64,000 nucleotides of DNA from Octopus sinensis (GCF_006345805.1 NC_042999.1:92318001-92382000); one strand, 5' to 3'. Positions 1 to 12,760 are shown, counted from the stretch's first letter. Translations and numbers: made by a program. Notes: generated from the sequence alone by a model not told the origin.

Positions 1-1189
1 AGCTCTATTTCATCATCTCCTTTAAGTGGTTCAACTTCCCAAAATCAATTTGTGCCACACATGGTACTGTATTTCAATGGCATTAGTACAGGAAAGACTA
101 GAGTACCTATAAAAGTCTTTTAAATACAGTTTTGAACTATTCTGTGTAATTACTTGAAGTAACCTAAAGATGTTAACTATATTTACACAAGTCCATTATG
201 AAATAATTCTACCGAATTAGCATTTGAAAAACAGCATCACATTTAACATAAACTGAAACTTATTTCAATACTAATATTCATACTTTCTATGGTTTATGTG
301 TATATATATTTGCATGTATATAGATTACATTACCTTAATTCTACATATAACAATTAATAATTACTGATGATGTGATTCTATACAATTAGTAAAGTCAAGT
401 TTATTAATCATTTGACTGTGATTTCAATCAGACATGCTGAATATGCAGCCAAAGTGAAAGCTGAAGTCCTAGTCAGCACTAATATGAATGAGAGTGTGTG
501 TTTGTGTGTATATGTGTGTGCGTGTGCGCATGCATGCTTGTGTGTGCATGTGTGCATGCATATGTGTAAAATTTTAATTTTGGTACATATACTATAGGGC
601 AGTTTTCTTTCTTTTTTAGAAGAGCAACCAAACATAGGGTTATGATTTTAAGATGCTAAGTCCAAAATTGAAATAGATATTTCCACGCAAAAAAAAGTGA
701 TAAATTGTATTCATCCTAATCACTATAAATTGCTTCATTTTAGTAATTTTATATATGAGTAATTATAGTTATAAGTAATTCAATATTTGATTATAGTAAG
801 AAAAGTTGATTTAGTTCTGTAAAACAGGGAAGTGGCAGATGATTTTGAAAGATTTTCTCTGCAACTCAACTAAATATTAAAAATGTATTTTATTGCTTGG
901 AAATTGAATCTTCAACTAACAGTAACCAATTAATTCAACCATTATAGCAATTTACTAAATCTAGTTTTTGAGGCCATTTGTTTTCTGAAAATAAATATTA
1001 ATTAACCTCACAAATATATTGTTGTTTTTAAATATAGCTGTAACATAGTCTACCACAAGTTATTTAATAGTTTCACTTGTTACAGTTAAATTGCATTCAC
1101 AGTTATAGGGAAAATAACTTGAAATTTTAAAGTATTATATAAAGATTATTTCATATGATGAGTTAGAAATACATTTAAGAAAATAGCCA

Positions 1190-3129
1190 GGTTATAAGTT
1201 GACAGAGCGCTGGTTGGGTCGGCTGATTTATTGAAGGCTGCGCAGGCGATTTGTAGAGGGCAAATCGTGGAACTGCGCCGGGCGGTGAACCAGCGGCAGG
1301 GCCAGTTCTGCCAATACAGTGATGCAGTTGAAGGAGATGGTGGTCCACCGATGCAGTTGCGGAAGCGGTCCGCAGGGAGTTGCCGAGGCTTAGTTGGCAC
1401 TCGGATGTTGCGGAAGAAGCAACTGTTGGTGAGGAGCGCAGGACATTGGTCACGAGGGTTGTCAGATGTTGGTTGCACGGACCTGGCGGAGTGCTTCATC
1501 AACTGAGGCGGTCGTCGCTTGAGGAAGCAGCGAGGCCGGAGGATGGTCCCAGTTCGGCAGCGAAAGATGAGATATCGGTGACAGGGGCATTGAAAGGGCG
1601 GAACGGTCCCTGGTCGTCGGCCATTATGGTGCAGAATGGAGACGGCACAGCAAGATGCTACGTGGGGTATATAGCCCTGAGGAAGGTGGCCACTGTGAAG
1701 GATTGGCCAGACCCTGCATGTGTGAGGGAGCTAAGGAACTCCCTCGGATGGTGCACCTATTGTAGGCGGCTCGTAGGAGGCCTTGCGGCCTTGGTGGAGG
1801 TGTTACCCAAGCCACAGAGGGAAGATGCCAACCTGTGGCCAGTGGTGAAGTGGTGGCCATGGGAGGTTAGACCCCCGGAGGAGAAACCACCCAAGGGGAC
1901 CTCCAGTTCCTGGAGCATCTGCTGGAGCTCGCCCTTGGAGGTACGAGCTTGGTGTGCTTTTGTCGGGTTGACAAAGCTTAGGTAGGGGGTAGTGTTGTGA
2001 ATAGTTCAGTTCACAGTACTTCTTGACCTACTTTGCTTGGCTTGGAGACTGAAAGTCTACAATACAAAGTTATAGTCCTTTGTTTTAGAAAGAGTAATGA
2101 GCTTTTAGGGGTCCTTTGGCCTTGTGCCGGTCAGGGAAAGTTCATTGCAAACACCCCTTAAAAGGGAGGAATTTTGAGCTGTAAAGACAGTCGGCCGGAA
2201 GTCGAGGACAGAGCAAGTTGTTTCTGCTGTGAGAGATGAAAAGGCAGTGGACAGTTCCAGCCGACAGATTGGGGTAGTAACATGCCAGAGGGAAGCGCTG
2301 AGAGAGACAGACACACAGTCATGAGGGCTGATAGGCGAGACAGTGAGAGGATGAGGGCCTGAGGAAGATATACACATAGGATTAAACAGCTAATAGAGAT
2401 GGACTACAGTGTGAGGCATTGGCGGTTGTACGGTATGTGTTTAATTGTATGTTGATGCGTTAAAGAATTAATGTGAAAAGAAATGAGACAGTAAAAAGAC
2501 ATTGTGAATTAAGGAGAGAAAAAAAGAGTTATTGAAATGTAAAAGAGTTGATGTGCTGAGTAAAGGACTTGTTGATGTGTCATAGAGAACAATGTGAATT
2601 GTATTGATACGTGTTACAAAAAAAAAGAGAAAGAAGAAAAAGAAGGAAAAAGACAAGAAAAGAACTATGAACTGTATCGTTAATGTCTACGTTAATTGTA
2701 ACATGAATTATTTGTCTATGAACATTGTATAATGTATTGATGTGTTTGAGTCGACGTGTATATTGTATCTGCATGTTTAAATGCTTTGATCTGTTGTATA
2801 CCTGTTTCTTGATTTGTTGTTTTCTTTAAATGCTGCTGTTATATTGCATCTGCATGCTGTTGATTCTGTTGCTTGTATCTACCTGGTGTATCACAATGTA
2901 TTTGATGTTGAAATAGTCATATAAACTAGTAGGTTAAATGTAAGCCGATTGCCTCTGTGTCTCTTCCTGCAGCTGTTGTTGTTATCTCTCTCCTCTCTGA
3001 GTTCCGTGGCGAACATTCGCCGATCAATCAAGCCTGGTTAATCGTCGTCGCTCGACTTGTTGGGATCCCGAGTTCGAGTTCGAGCGACGGCAGGTGGGAT
3101 TCCGTAACAACTTTCGGAGTTCCGTAACA
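1190..3129 (-). mobile_element. GC/CpG-rich LTR-like module (possible long solo LTR or non-autonomous LTR element)
   Basis: On the minus strand it begins TGTTACGG (3129) and ends ...CTTATAACC (1190), a near TG..CA terminal pair. It has a TATA-like CTATATA at about 1670 and AATAAA about 36 nt from the 3' end (plus TTTATT 1227-1232). Composition contrasts sharply with the AT-rich flanks. No TSD and no recognisable pol domain found. Confidence 0.4.
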
Positions 3130-3269
3130 TTAGCAAATTTCAATGTCTATGGAAGTTCTGTACATGCCTACCATTTCCCAATTTCTGATAATATTCCATA
3201 ATACTTTATTTACCTTAAATGAAACTACCTATACCTTTTTGCAATTTAATGAGAACTTTTGAACAAGTG

Positions 3270-4700
3270 CACAAAGGTCTTCCAATCTAGGTTTCATCTT
3301 TGATAATCTGCATCATAAGTTATCCTCTAGTTAGAGTTGGTTTCTTAACTTGGATTTTTGTATTTGTTAGGACTGAAAACCCTGATTTACAAAGATATCT
3401 TGTAGCAAAGGAATGAAGCTTTTTGCTCCTAACATTCAACCAGAATGTACTATATATTCAATAATTTTAATGAAACTATATCAGTCATGTAATTTTGAAC
3501 TTCTGTAAACTTTTCTTGTAATTTATTAATATTGACAAAATCTTCAAGCAAATTGGTAATGCCAGTACTAAATGGAATTCACACTCAATAGTATTTCTCA
3601 AAATCTTCTGTTGGAATGCAGTTATTGAATTCCGTCATCAAATTTTGCTAGATGGTTCAATATAATATTCTGTATGCTATTAAGATTATTATAATCTTAT
3701 TTTAGTAGATCAAATGCTGGAAAAGATGCATTTATTTTCTCCATCAAACCAATAATTGTTTGTTCACAGCCTTTTAAAAAAGTTATTTGAGTCATTCACA
3801 ATCCAGAAAAATATCAGAAAGATAAGCTAATTGAAGCATCCACTTGAAATCTAAAAATCTTGTAGCTAAAGGATTTTCTCTTTTTTTTTCAGATAATAAA
3901 ATTTCTATTTCACTTTGTAATAGCATACCTCATTATAGAACCTTTCTGTAAAATAACTATCTGAACTTGGAGCAGATAGTTCATATGCTCATATTTACAA
4001 CTGACTGAAGAACAAAAATCACTGAAGAGTCTATCTATTATTGAGGGATTTTTAACAATGTTATTCTTCATTAAACCCAATTCCAATATACTTTTGAAGT
4101 AAGATTTTTCTGTACAAAGAAAAGAAAACTTTAAAATGTGGATTAATTTTCCTTGTTTTGGGGCAAAACCCATGACAATTTCCAAGCATTAGGATGTACT
4201 ATCAGTTCATATGCCGAAATATTCATTCCATTTTAATTACTCTTTATTAGAAATGGAATCTATCAATTCAAAAGTATTATTTCCCATAGCTGAAGTAGAA
4301 AATGATTTGCAGAATAAAATGTTCTCTTCCACACTTTTTCATTAGGATAGCACATATAAACCAGATGGGCATCTTTAAGTACAACTTTTGATTCATCCCC
4401 ACAAATTATATCATTTGACTATGAAATATACTGTAAGTTCTTAGCAAAATCCTTTTGACATATAATATAAATCACATCAATGGCTGGTGGTTTTATAGAA
4501 ATTTTCTCCAAATGTAGGAGATTTTTTTTAATTCTCTTATCCACCTAGAAACACAATATAACATCTATGGAATGTTTGCATAGAAAATTCAGTTCTATTA
4601 TTTGAGCTACTTAAATGTTTTCACTTCAGTTTCTTTTCCTTTTTATATAAAATCTTTGAATTTCATCTCCAGGTGCCTTCAAATTTATTGTTTTAATGAG
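3270..4700 (-). mobile_element. Degraded hAT (Buster/Charlie/SPIN-like) transposase fossil
   Basis: Manual minus-strand translation gives ENILFCKSFSTSAMGNNTFELIDS (about 4330-4255), LMTEFNNCIPTEDFEKYY*V*IPF (about 3650-3580) and FATRYLCKSGFSVLTNTK...LSKMKPRLEDLC (about 3410-3270). These match Buster-family motifs LFC..L....TGEDIF, WVRNPF and FATTYLCE.GFS. Many stops and frameshifts. Confidence 0.75.
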
Positions 4701-6356
4701 TCATTACTTAACACTTTACAATATATCATCACACACTACTTCAACCATTCAATGTATAATAATACATAGCAATATATGTAAAAATTGATGAGTATATTCA
4801 CATTCTGACAATGAGATATGAGTTAACAGTCATATATAATTATAGACTTATTAACTGATATAAAGCAAATTTTAAAATATTTATATATTGATAGCTCCTT
4901 TCATCACAAAACTGACTTAGAGATTAGTTATGATATTACCGTTGTATAAATCAGCCAAATTCACATTAAAAAATAAGGTCAGATAGAGCCAGCCATACAT
5001 ACTTAAAGCTATGGATACCATCCAAGCCTACACTGTAGAAAATATAAAAATTTCCTAAAAAGTTATTTTTCATAATTTCATTAAATATATAAATTGCAAA
5101 AAATAAATGTATGAACATTAAACAAGCAAGATAAAGACAACAAATATCAGACGAACTTTTTTTTGCTATTCTAGCTGTTTAATATCTAGTTATTTTTTAA
5201 CTGTGATTTTCTGTTCATCATTTTGGGAAAAATCAAAGAGTAAATAGATTTTTAATATTTACCAAATACATTATAATGAAATAAGTCAAAAATAACAGTA
5301 ACAACAACTGACTGGAAAATTTTGTACATTCTTAACAAAAAGAAAATACTTTATGACCCACGGAAAACATTGGTAACCCTGTGCTCCTGAAGTTAAAAAA
5401 ACATTAAGCTTCTAAATTGGTAATAAAATAAAATTTACTTTACTGGAGCTGATTATGTTCTTGCTTACAAAATGGGTTACATAGCTTGATTAAACAATCT
5501 TGATATGCATTTTGTACTTATACACACAAACACAGAAGCTGCATGCACCAACAACAGACACAACAGTGTATACATACTCACATACAAAAACACATTCGTA
5601 TTAAAGAGATAATATAATATCTTAATATTGCATTTTCTTAAAACAGAAACAGATAAATAAAAAAAACTAATTTCAACATTGATAAGTCAATTATAAAGGG
5701 AATATTTCATAAGTTTTCTGCTATATCTATTAAGAGTTCAATTTGTGCAGCTGTTATTAAGTGACACAAAAATTTCTTTCTGATGCTATAGAAACGTGAT
5801 CTTTTTTGATTAAGCCCAAGTCTTGAAAGTCATGTTTTATGCTACTTTCTTTTCAAAAGATTATTACTTAATTATGCAAACATGATTAATTCTTTGCTTT
5901 GTGTGGCTTAAATTACAAAGGAAGTCATTTTACCTTGAATAAGACCTCAGTCTATAGTGTTCTCAAAATAATTTGCTATCTATTTTTGTTATATCTAAAT
6001 AAAGGGAGATATACAGATGTAACCATTCTGCTTCGCAGCACAACAAAAATACCTCTATTGAAAATAAACTTAAGACCTATGAACTACTAGTGCAGCATAA
6101 TATACAACTAACCATTTTGAATGAACTAAAAACAACACAGCTACAGTATCTTATGATGTAATCCAAAGTCATAATGTAGAAAACAAAAAGCAAAGAATAA
6201 ATGAAGAATGAGGAGAGTGGGATGACTGTGTATTTTTGAGTTAGTGAAGACTAGAAGACAGATAGACATGGGGATATTTGTGCTAGTAATGGTATTTGTA
6301 TGAACATTATATCTAAGATATGTTTAGTTGTTTATCCTAATTTAAGTGGTACTTAC

Positions 6357-6501
6357 CAGATTCTATTGAAATTGTTTCAATAACACTTGCATCCATTGAA
6401 AAACTCTGGGAATTATCTGAGTGGCTTAATGGATTGGAGTCATTAAGTGTTTCCCCTGTCCATGTCTCTATTGTGTTATTCAAGCCAACAACTTGAACAT
6501 G
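6357..6501 (-). CDS. M1AP: M1AP homologue, coding exon 5 (HVQVVGLNNTIETWTGETLNDSNPLSHSDNSQSFSMDASVIETISIES)
   Basis: Acceptor ttttttgttaag|CAT, donor TCTG|gtaagt, 145 nt, phase 0 to 1. Continues the exon at 17498-17593 in frame. Aligns by eye with the human M1AP segment RFQVVEVT...DIDLQTIDN. Confidence 0.8.
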
Positions 6502-7009
6502 CTTAACAAAAAATAAATAAATATATAAGCAAAACATACAGAAGAAAAAACAAAAGAATAATTGAAATAAAAATTTTATTTTACATGTCAAGAGCCTAGA
6601 AGAAATACTGAAAAATATCTGTTATTGGAAGTATTTTCAATTGAAAATAAAAATTACAACACATTTATATTTAATATTAACTCACAATTATCAGCACAAA
6701 ATGGATTTATTATATAATTCAAAATAAATTTCTACATAGTTATATATTGTAATTTTGAGCATCAGAAGTTTATGTGATCTCACTGGAAAAACTACGTGTA
6801 AGATTTTGTAATGGTATCACAAAGAGGAATAAACTGGGTTTGTCTGAAGATTCAGGACACAACTTTCCAAGATAAGATAATCTGTCAAGTTTTAAATGAA
6901 AATTAGCTTAATATGTTTCCTAATGTATTGGTATAACAATGCTTTTAAATTCATTCCCTCAAAATTCCTTACATTCATCCCTACAATGTAACTGATGAAC
7001 AAACATTTA

Positions 7010-7842
7010 ATAATAATGAAGTTATTGTATACAGTGCTCAGGTGCACCACAACTTGTCAGAAAGTGCATATAAAGTACATGCAGTAATGTAAAAATGTCT
7101 GGAAAGCGAACAATGTATGAGTCAGATACATGCTTGTGTGTGTATGGGGGGGAGAAAATCAGGTGTAGTGTTGGCGAATCTCAGAAAGCATGGAAGTTTT
7201 GAAGGATGCAGTGCTCCGACAACTAACAACTGATGCCGGCAGTTTGTTCCACGCTTCAGTAACTCTCAGCGTGAAAAAATGTTTCCTGAAGTCATGGGAG
7301 CAGTGCTGTTTTCTGACTTTGTAAATATGTCCACAGGTGTTAGATGGGTGGAGTTTGAAAAGGCGCTCAGAGTTATTGTTTGTAAGATGGTTAATAATTT
7401 TATGGGTGTCTGCCAAGTCAGCTGCCAGACGTCAGAGTTTCAATGTGTCCATGCCCAGGGAAGTAAGGCGTTCACGATATGGCAAATGCCTGATGGAGGG
7501 TATTCTTTTGGTTGCACGTCACTGAACGGCTTCCAGACGATTGATATCCTGGGCAAGATAGGGGTTCCAGACCGGTGATGCAAATTCCAGGTGAGGTCTT
7601 ACCATAGCTATATAAAGCCGCAGATAGATAGCCGGAGAGCAGCTCACAAAGGATTTGGTGAGTGATGCCAAGACACCCTCAGCCTTCTTGACAATTTTAG
7701 CGATGTGTTTTGTCCAATGCAAATCACTGTCGACAATAACACCCAGGTCACGTTCACATGAAGACTTTTTGAGACTAGTGTTGTGGAGGGAGTAGGTGGA
7801 CGCTGGGTTTCTCCTCCCAAAATGCATGGTGGTAATACACAA
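7010..7842 (-). mobile_element. 5'-truncated CR1-clade LINE 3' end
   Basis: ORFs 7519-7842 (ERDLGVIVDSDL..., VRPHLEFASPVWNPY...INRLEAVQ) and 7159-7416 (RKHFFTLRVTEAWNKLP..VV...S...FK) are the typical CR1 RT C-terminus, followed by a 3'UTR and a short (ATT)n tail near 7010. Confidence 0.9.
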
Positions 7843-8031
7843 TGTACTTAGAACATTTTAACAGTTTCTATAGAAATAACTGCTTAGTTTTTCTTCTGCT
7901 TTGATTTTTTTAAATATATCTACGTACATTTTTACAAGTGTAACAATAGCAATAATAATGATCTATTGATTACCTTTACATAATAAATTACCTATTTCAA
8001 TCAATGTAATTAAATTTCACTGATCTTGGTA

Positions 8032-9322
8032 CGAGGGACGTTCAATAAGTAATGCCTCTGACCCACTTGCAGTTGTTTGATCTAGGTGAAATTTTGCATG
8101 TGCAATCATTCATATCTCTATAGAGTAAGTGGCAAATTACAGCTCTGAACTAATTGTGGTTTCTGATTTACAGGTGTTTGAACTGAGTCAAGTGTGAAAC
8201 GGAGCCTGTTGAGTGTCGAGCAGTGATCCGGTTTTTGTATTTGAAAGGACGCACACCACGGGAGACTTTTGATGAAATGAAAGTAACTTATGGTAATGAT
8301 GCCCCATCATATGACCTTGTAAAACGCTGGCATCGTGAATTCAAACATGGTCGGAACTCTGTGGAAACAGCTCCCAGATCTGGTCGTCCCCTTCTGCCAT
8401 TGATGAGGCACCTGTCCGTCAAGTTGAGGCTGCCATTTTGGAAGATCAACGCATAATTATTCGCCAAATAGCCCATGAGGTCAAGATTAGTACCGGGTCT
8501 GTGGAAACTATCATTCATGACCATTTGCATATGCAAAAGGTGTCTGCCAGATGGATTCCCAGGTTGCTCACGCCTTTCCAGAAGCAAGAACGCGCCGAGT
8601 GCTCGAGGATGAATTTGGAGATGTGCCAAGAAGATGAGTCAAAATTTTTCAAAAGACTGATTACACAGGATGAAACCTGGGTCCATCACGATGATCCAGA
8701 GGCCAAAGCCCAGTCAATGCAGTGGAAGCACCGTGACTCACCCCCTCCAAAGAAGGCAAGAGTGCAGCCCTCCGCTGGCAAGGTCATGCTCACAATCTTC
8801 TGGGACCAGGACGGAGTAGTGATGACAGATTTCCTGGCAAAGGGTACCACAATTGCAGGAGCCTATTATGCTTCACTTTTGAGGAAATTAAGAGAAGTTA
8901 TCAAAATCAAGAGGCGGGGCAAGATCAGCAAAGGCATCCTCCTCCTGCAGGACAACGCTCCGGTCCACAACTCGCTTGTCGCCAGATCAGAAGCACAGGC
9001 GTATGGCTATGAACTCCTCCCCATCCCCCCTACTTTCCTGACCTTGCACCTTCTGATTTTCACCTCTTCCCAATCATGAAGTTGTTTTTGAAAGGAAAGC
9101 GTTTCCCAGATGATGCAGCCTTGATTTCTGAAGTCACGTTGAGGTTGGAGGACCAAGCTGGGTTCTTCTACAAAAACGGTCTCCAGAGCCGCATCAAACG
9201 ATGGGAGAAATGCGTAACTCTGGGTGGTTCCTATGTAGAAAAAGACTAATACCTGTGCCAAGTTTCGTTGCTCTACTGCTATGGGAAGTGGGTCAGGGGC
9301 ATTACTTATTGAACGCCCCTCG
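8032..9322 (+). mobile_element. Near full-length mariner (DD34D) DNA transposon, irritans-like, inactivated
   Basis: TIRs of about 37 bp (TACGAGGGACGTTCAATAAGTAATGCCTCTGACCCACT vs its inverse at the right end, 2 mismatches), flanking TA, about 1.29 kb. Transposase motifs WIPRLLT, ITQDETWVHH, LLQDNAPVH, Y(F)PDLAPSDFHLFP. Start codon reads ACG; 1-nt frameshifts near 8390 and 9025. Confidence 0.95.
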
Positions 9323-10267
9323 TATATGTAACAAATCACATACTCACAGATATACACACTCTCACACAAATACATGCACACTCTCCTACACACACACACA
9401 CATTTGAATATATTAGAAATGTTTTTTCTTTCACAGTTTTATACTAGAAGCATGACTATATACCAGCTGAATCATTTCCATTAGAGTTTTTCTTATTTCT
9501 GCATATCTTACAGTTTGGAACAATGAAAGTCTGAAATATGCTGTTGTCAGTATCCTTAGTATGATCATTAGGATATAAAGTGTTGCTGGTTTCAGTATTG
9601 TCCATTTTATAATGGGCAATTTTTATTTATGCAGACTGTAATTTTAGCATCTGACTTAGAGTTTCAAATTAACAGGCATGTGTTTGGATTCCAAGATTAC
9701 ATATCATCAGTCACATGTATTTAAAGGGAAAAATTTGACAAGTCATTCAGTCACAGCTGACACTCGCTGACGACACATCAAAGAGACCAGGGAACAGTAG
9801 AAAGAAGACATGCACCCAACACCAGAGCTGAAGGCACCTCCAAAAGGAGTGGGAGCTGCCACGTCAAAACGTTAGAGGAGTAGGGGCCGAAACCGGATGT
9901 GGTTCCTCCTGATGATGTCTTGAGCTAACTGGATCCTATAAAGGAGCTGTTGTAGTAGCAGACCATGAAACACGGTTGTAATTCCTCAGATACTGACTGC
10001 AGGGAAAGACTTACTGACAATCCAGAAAAAGGGATGACAAAGCGGAGAGACGCTTGATGGTACAACAGTGTAACAAAGGATCAAATGGGCTTGCAGCCCG
10101 ATCCGGGGTAAAATTGCAACAAAAAAACATGGGAAATCATGCCCCCATGATCCCGGACCACGGGGGGAGAATAAAGGATCAAATAGGGACGGAAAAAAAC
10201 GAAATGGACTTGGACCAGAAATGGACAATGAGAAAAGAAATGTAGATGAGGAGTTCAGCTGCTGCAG

Positions 10268-10554
10268 TGGTACGTGAAAAACAACATTCAAGCAAGGGCG
10301 TTGCCAGTGTTGCTGGACTGGCTCCTGTGCAGGTGACATGTAAACACACCATTTGACTGACTGGCCCTCATGCCGGTGGCACATAAAAGCACCCACTACA
10401 CTCTCGGAGTTGTTGGCGTTAGGAAGGGCATCCAGCTGTAGAAACTCTGCCAGATCAGATTGGAGCTTGGTGTAGCCATCTGGCTCACCAGTCCCCAGTC
10501 AAATCGTACAACCCATGCCAGCATGGAAAGCGGACATTAAATGAAGATGATGAT
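10268..10554 (+). mobile_element. RTE LINE 3'UTR fragment (2 hairpin units, (GAT)n-type tail)
   Basis: Same 3' end as the RT-linked copy at 33635-34492: ...AACCCATGCCAGCATGGAAAGCGGACATTAAATGAAGATGATG. Confidence 0.85.
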
Positions 10555-10619
10555 TAATAAGCTTTTTGTTTTTGTATGTACCTGTTGTGTGCGTCACACT
10601 TACTTCAAAGAAGTGGCAA

Positions 10620-10960
10620 AGTGAGAGAGTGGAGGACAGAGAGGGAGTAAGAGAGAGAGAGAGCGAGAGAGAAAGAGAGAGTGAGAGAGAAAGTGAGAGA
10701 TTAGAGAGAAAGTGAGTGAGAAAGAGAGAGTGAAAGAGACAGTGAGTGGTGACAGCGTTTGTTTTGTGCTTTTAAATGTTTCAGAGAGGAAGTAAGAGAG
10801 AGAGAGAGAGTGAAAGAGACAGTGAGTGGTGACAGTGTTCATTTTGTCTTTTTAAATGTTTCAGAGAGGACATAAGAGAGAAGGAAAGAGGGTGAGAGAG
10901 AGAAAGGGAGAAAAGGTGAGAAAAGGTGAGAGAGAGAAAGACAGTGAGTGGTGATGGCAT
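10620..10960. repeat. Purine-rich (GA)n-derived tandem repeat, about 80-bp period
   Basis: GACAGTGAGTGGTGA recurs at about 10738, 10818 and 10940, embedded in GA runs. Confidence 0.8.
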
Positions 10961-12564
10961 TCGTCACAAGAGAAGTAGATACATAGATACATATACACAT
11001 TGTTAAATCAAAAGTGGGAGAGAAGAGGAACACAAAGGAAGTGAAAGAGAAAGAGAGAAAGTAGATACATAAATCCAAAGAAAAGTTCATACATTACCAC
11101 ATGACAATAAAATTAACTCACAAATGGCTGAGTACTCCACAGACATGCATAACATTAACGTAGTTCTCAGGGAGATTCAGCCTTAAACAGAATATGACAA
11201 GGCTGGCCCCTTTGAATTACAGCTACAATGCAAGACAATATATATATGACAGGACTGAGTGGTGACTAAAAGGAAGGTGGTGTTTGTTTTGTGTTTTCAA
11301 CCACAGCAAATATTGGATACTGTATCCTGAATAAAAACTGTCTAAATCATTCGTATATGTTTTTCACTTGAAACACTGAATCATTTTGCACATTTATTGT
11401 TTTAATAGCAAGAGAAAAACTGAGAGAGAAAGAGCTTGAAGACACAACTAAAACAATTTCAGTCAATTTCTTTATTAACCATGAGGTTGAGAAAAAGAGG
11501 GGGCGATACGAAGACATCACAGACTGGAATTGTTTTTCGGTCATGTTATTCTTTGCTCCAATGTGAAAGATTGTTTTTGTACTGAAGATTGTGAACATTT
11601 ACCGTTTTGGTCGTCAAGACCACTTCTTTTCTGCTGCTACAGCAGAATTTTGCTGTTGTTTCCCCCCTTGTTTCAAGGAGGAAACAGCTAAAAACATGAA
11701 TTTGTTACCAATTTCTTGCGCATCCAAGGAAAACATTGAAATTTTGTTTCAAGGCATAGAGAGGAGTATGAGAGAGGAGAGTGGTAAAGATATAGAAGCA
11801 TCGCACATGCTCGCTACAAAGGCAGACGATAAAATGTCTAGCGAGGCTACACAAGACGAAAAATCTACTAGAGTTAATCTTTTAAGTGCAGCAACTAGCT
11901 TATTGAAATAAACAAGGACGATTTTAAAAAATATCAATGTTTACTACAAAAGGAAGGTGAAAATGTGAAATTGCTCCCTCCCAGTGAATTAATCAAAACA
12001 ATTCCAGTCAATTTCTTTATTAACCATAAGATTGAGAAAAAGAGGGGACAATATGAGGACAGACAAAACAAACATTGGGGTCAGGGTATCGAATGAGATG
12101 AAACATATGACTAAACAAACAACTAAAATATATACAATTAAATGAGAATGTGTGATTTACAAAAAATGAAGTGGAGGACATGGTCGACCCTACAAACCAC
12201 ATACTCACACTGAAGACTATGCTTTCTCCTTCTTGTATTCTCGTTTAAACAGGTTCTTTCACTCGCAACATACTTGCTATAGACTTCCATCTTTTATGAA
12301 ACACACTTTGCGACAGGCATTTCTTCTACAGCCTTATTTTCCGTTTCATGTGGAAAATGAAAAAGTCGATTAGCTCGAGACTGGAGATGAACATGCCTGT
12401 TGCAATTCCGTTCACTCTCATCTTCCATACTACCTATTTCACAAAAGCAACTACCGAGAGAAAACAGGCTCACTCCTCCCTATTCAGGGAGTAAGATCAG
12501 AAGCCATGAGAGACACTGCCAAGTACTGCATCAATTATTATTATTATTATTATTATTAAGTTGG

Positions 12565-12760
12565 CAAGCACGCAGATTCATCATCACATTCGACTAAATG
12601 TTTAGTAGCATTTCTTCCTGTCCTTTGCAACTCGAGTTCAAATGCTGCTAAAGACAACTGTGTCTTTCATCCTTCTTGAGTCAATAAAATAAGCACTAGT
12701 TCAGCAGAGGTCAACTTTGCTTTTCATCTTTCTGGGTCAATAAAATAAGGTAACAGTCTA
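12565..12760 (+). mobile_element. Degraded tRNA-derived SINE (family A) with internal duplication
   Basis: GAGTTCAAAT B-box remnant. The CTTTCATCC...GTCAATAAAATAAG core occurs twice and is homologous to the intact copy at 58494. Confidence 0.65.

Noticed and set aside
1-106. M1AP exon at the window edge (acceptor ttttatag at 107)
   Set aside because: All three frames contain a stop within the visible 106 nt; resemblance to human motifs is too weak to call.
408-635. ORFs over CA/TG microsatellites (also 9007-9407, 38555-39213, 59789-60137, 60619-60934)
   Set aside because: Low-complexity HT/CV/YI peptides produced by simple repeats.
1380-1985. 201-aa plus-strand ORF
   Set aside because: Starts at TTG, lies in a GC-rich repeat-like module where long open frames occur on both strands, and has no recognisable domain or splice context.
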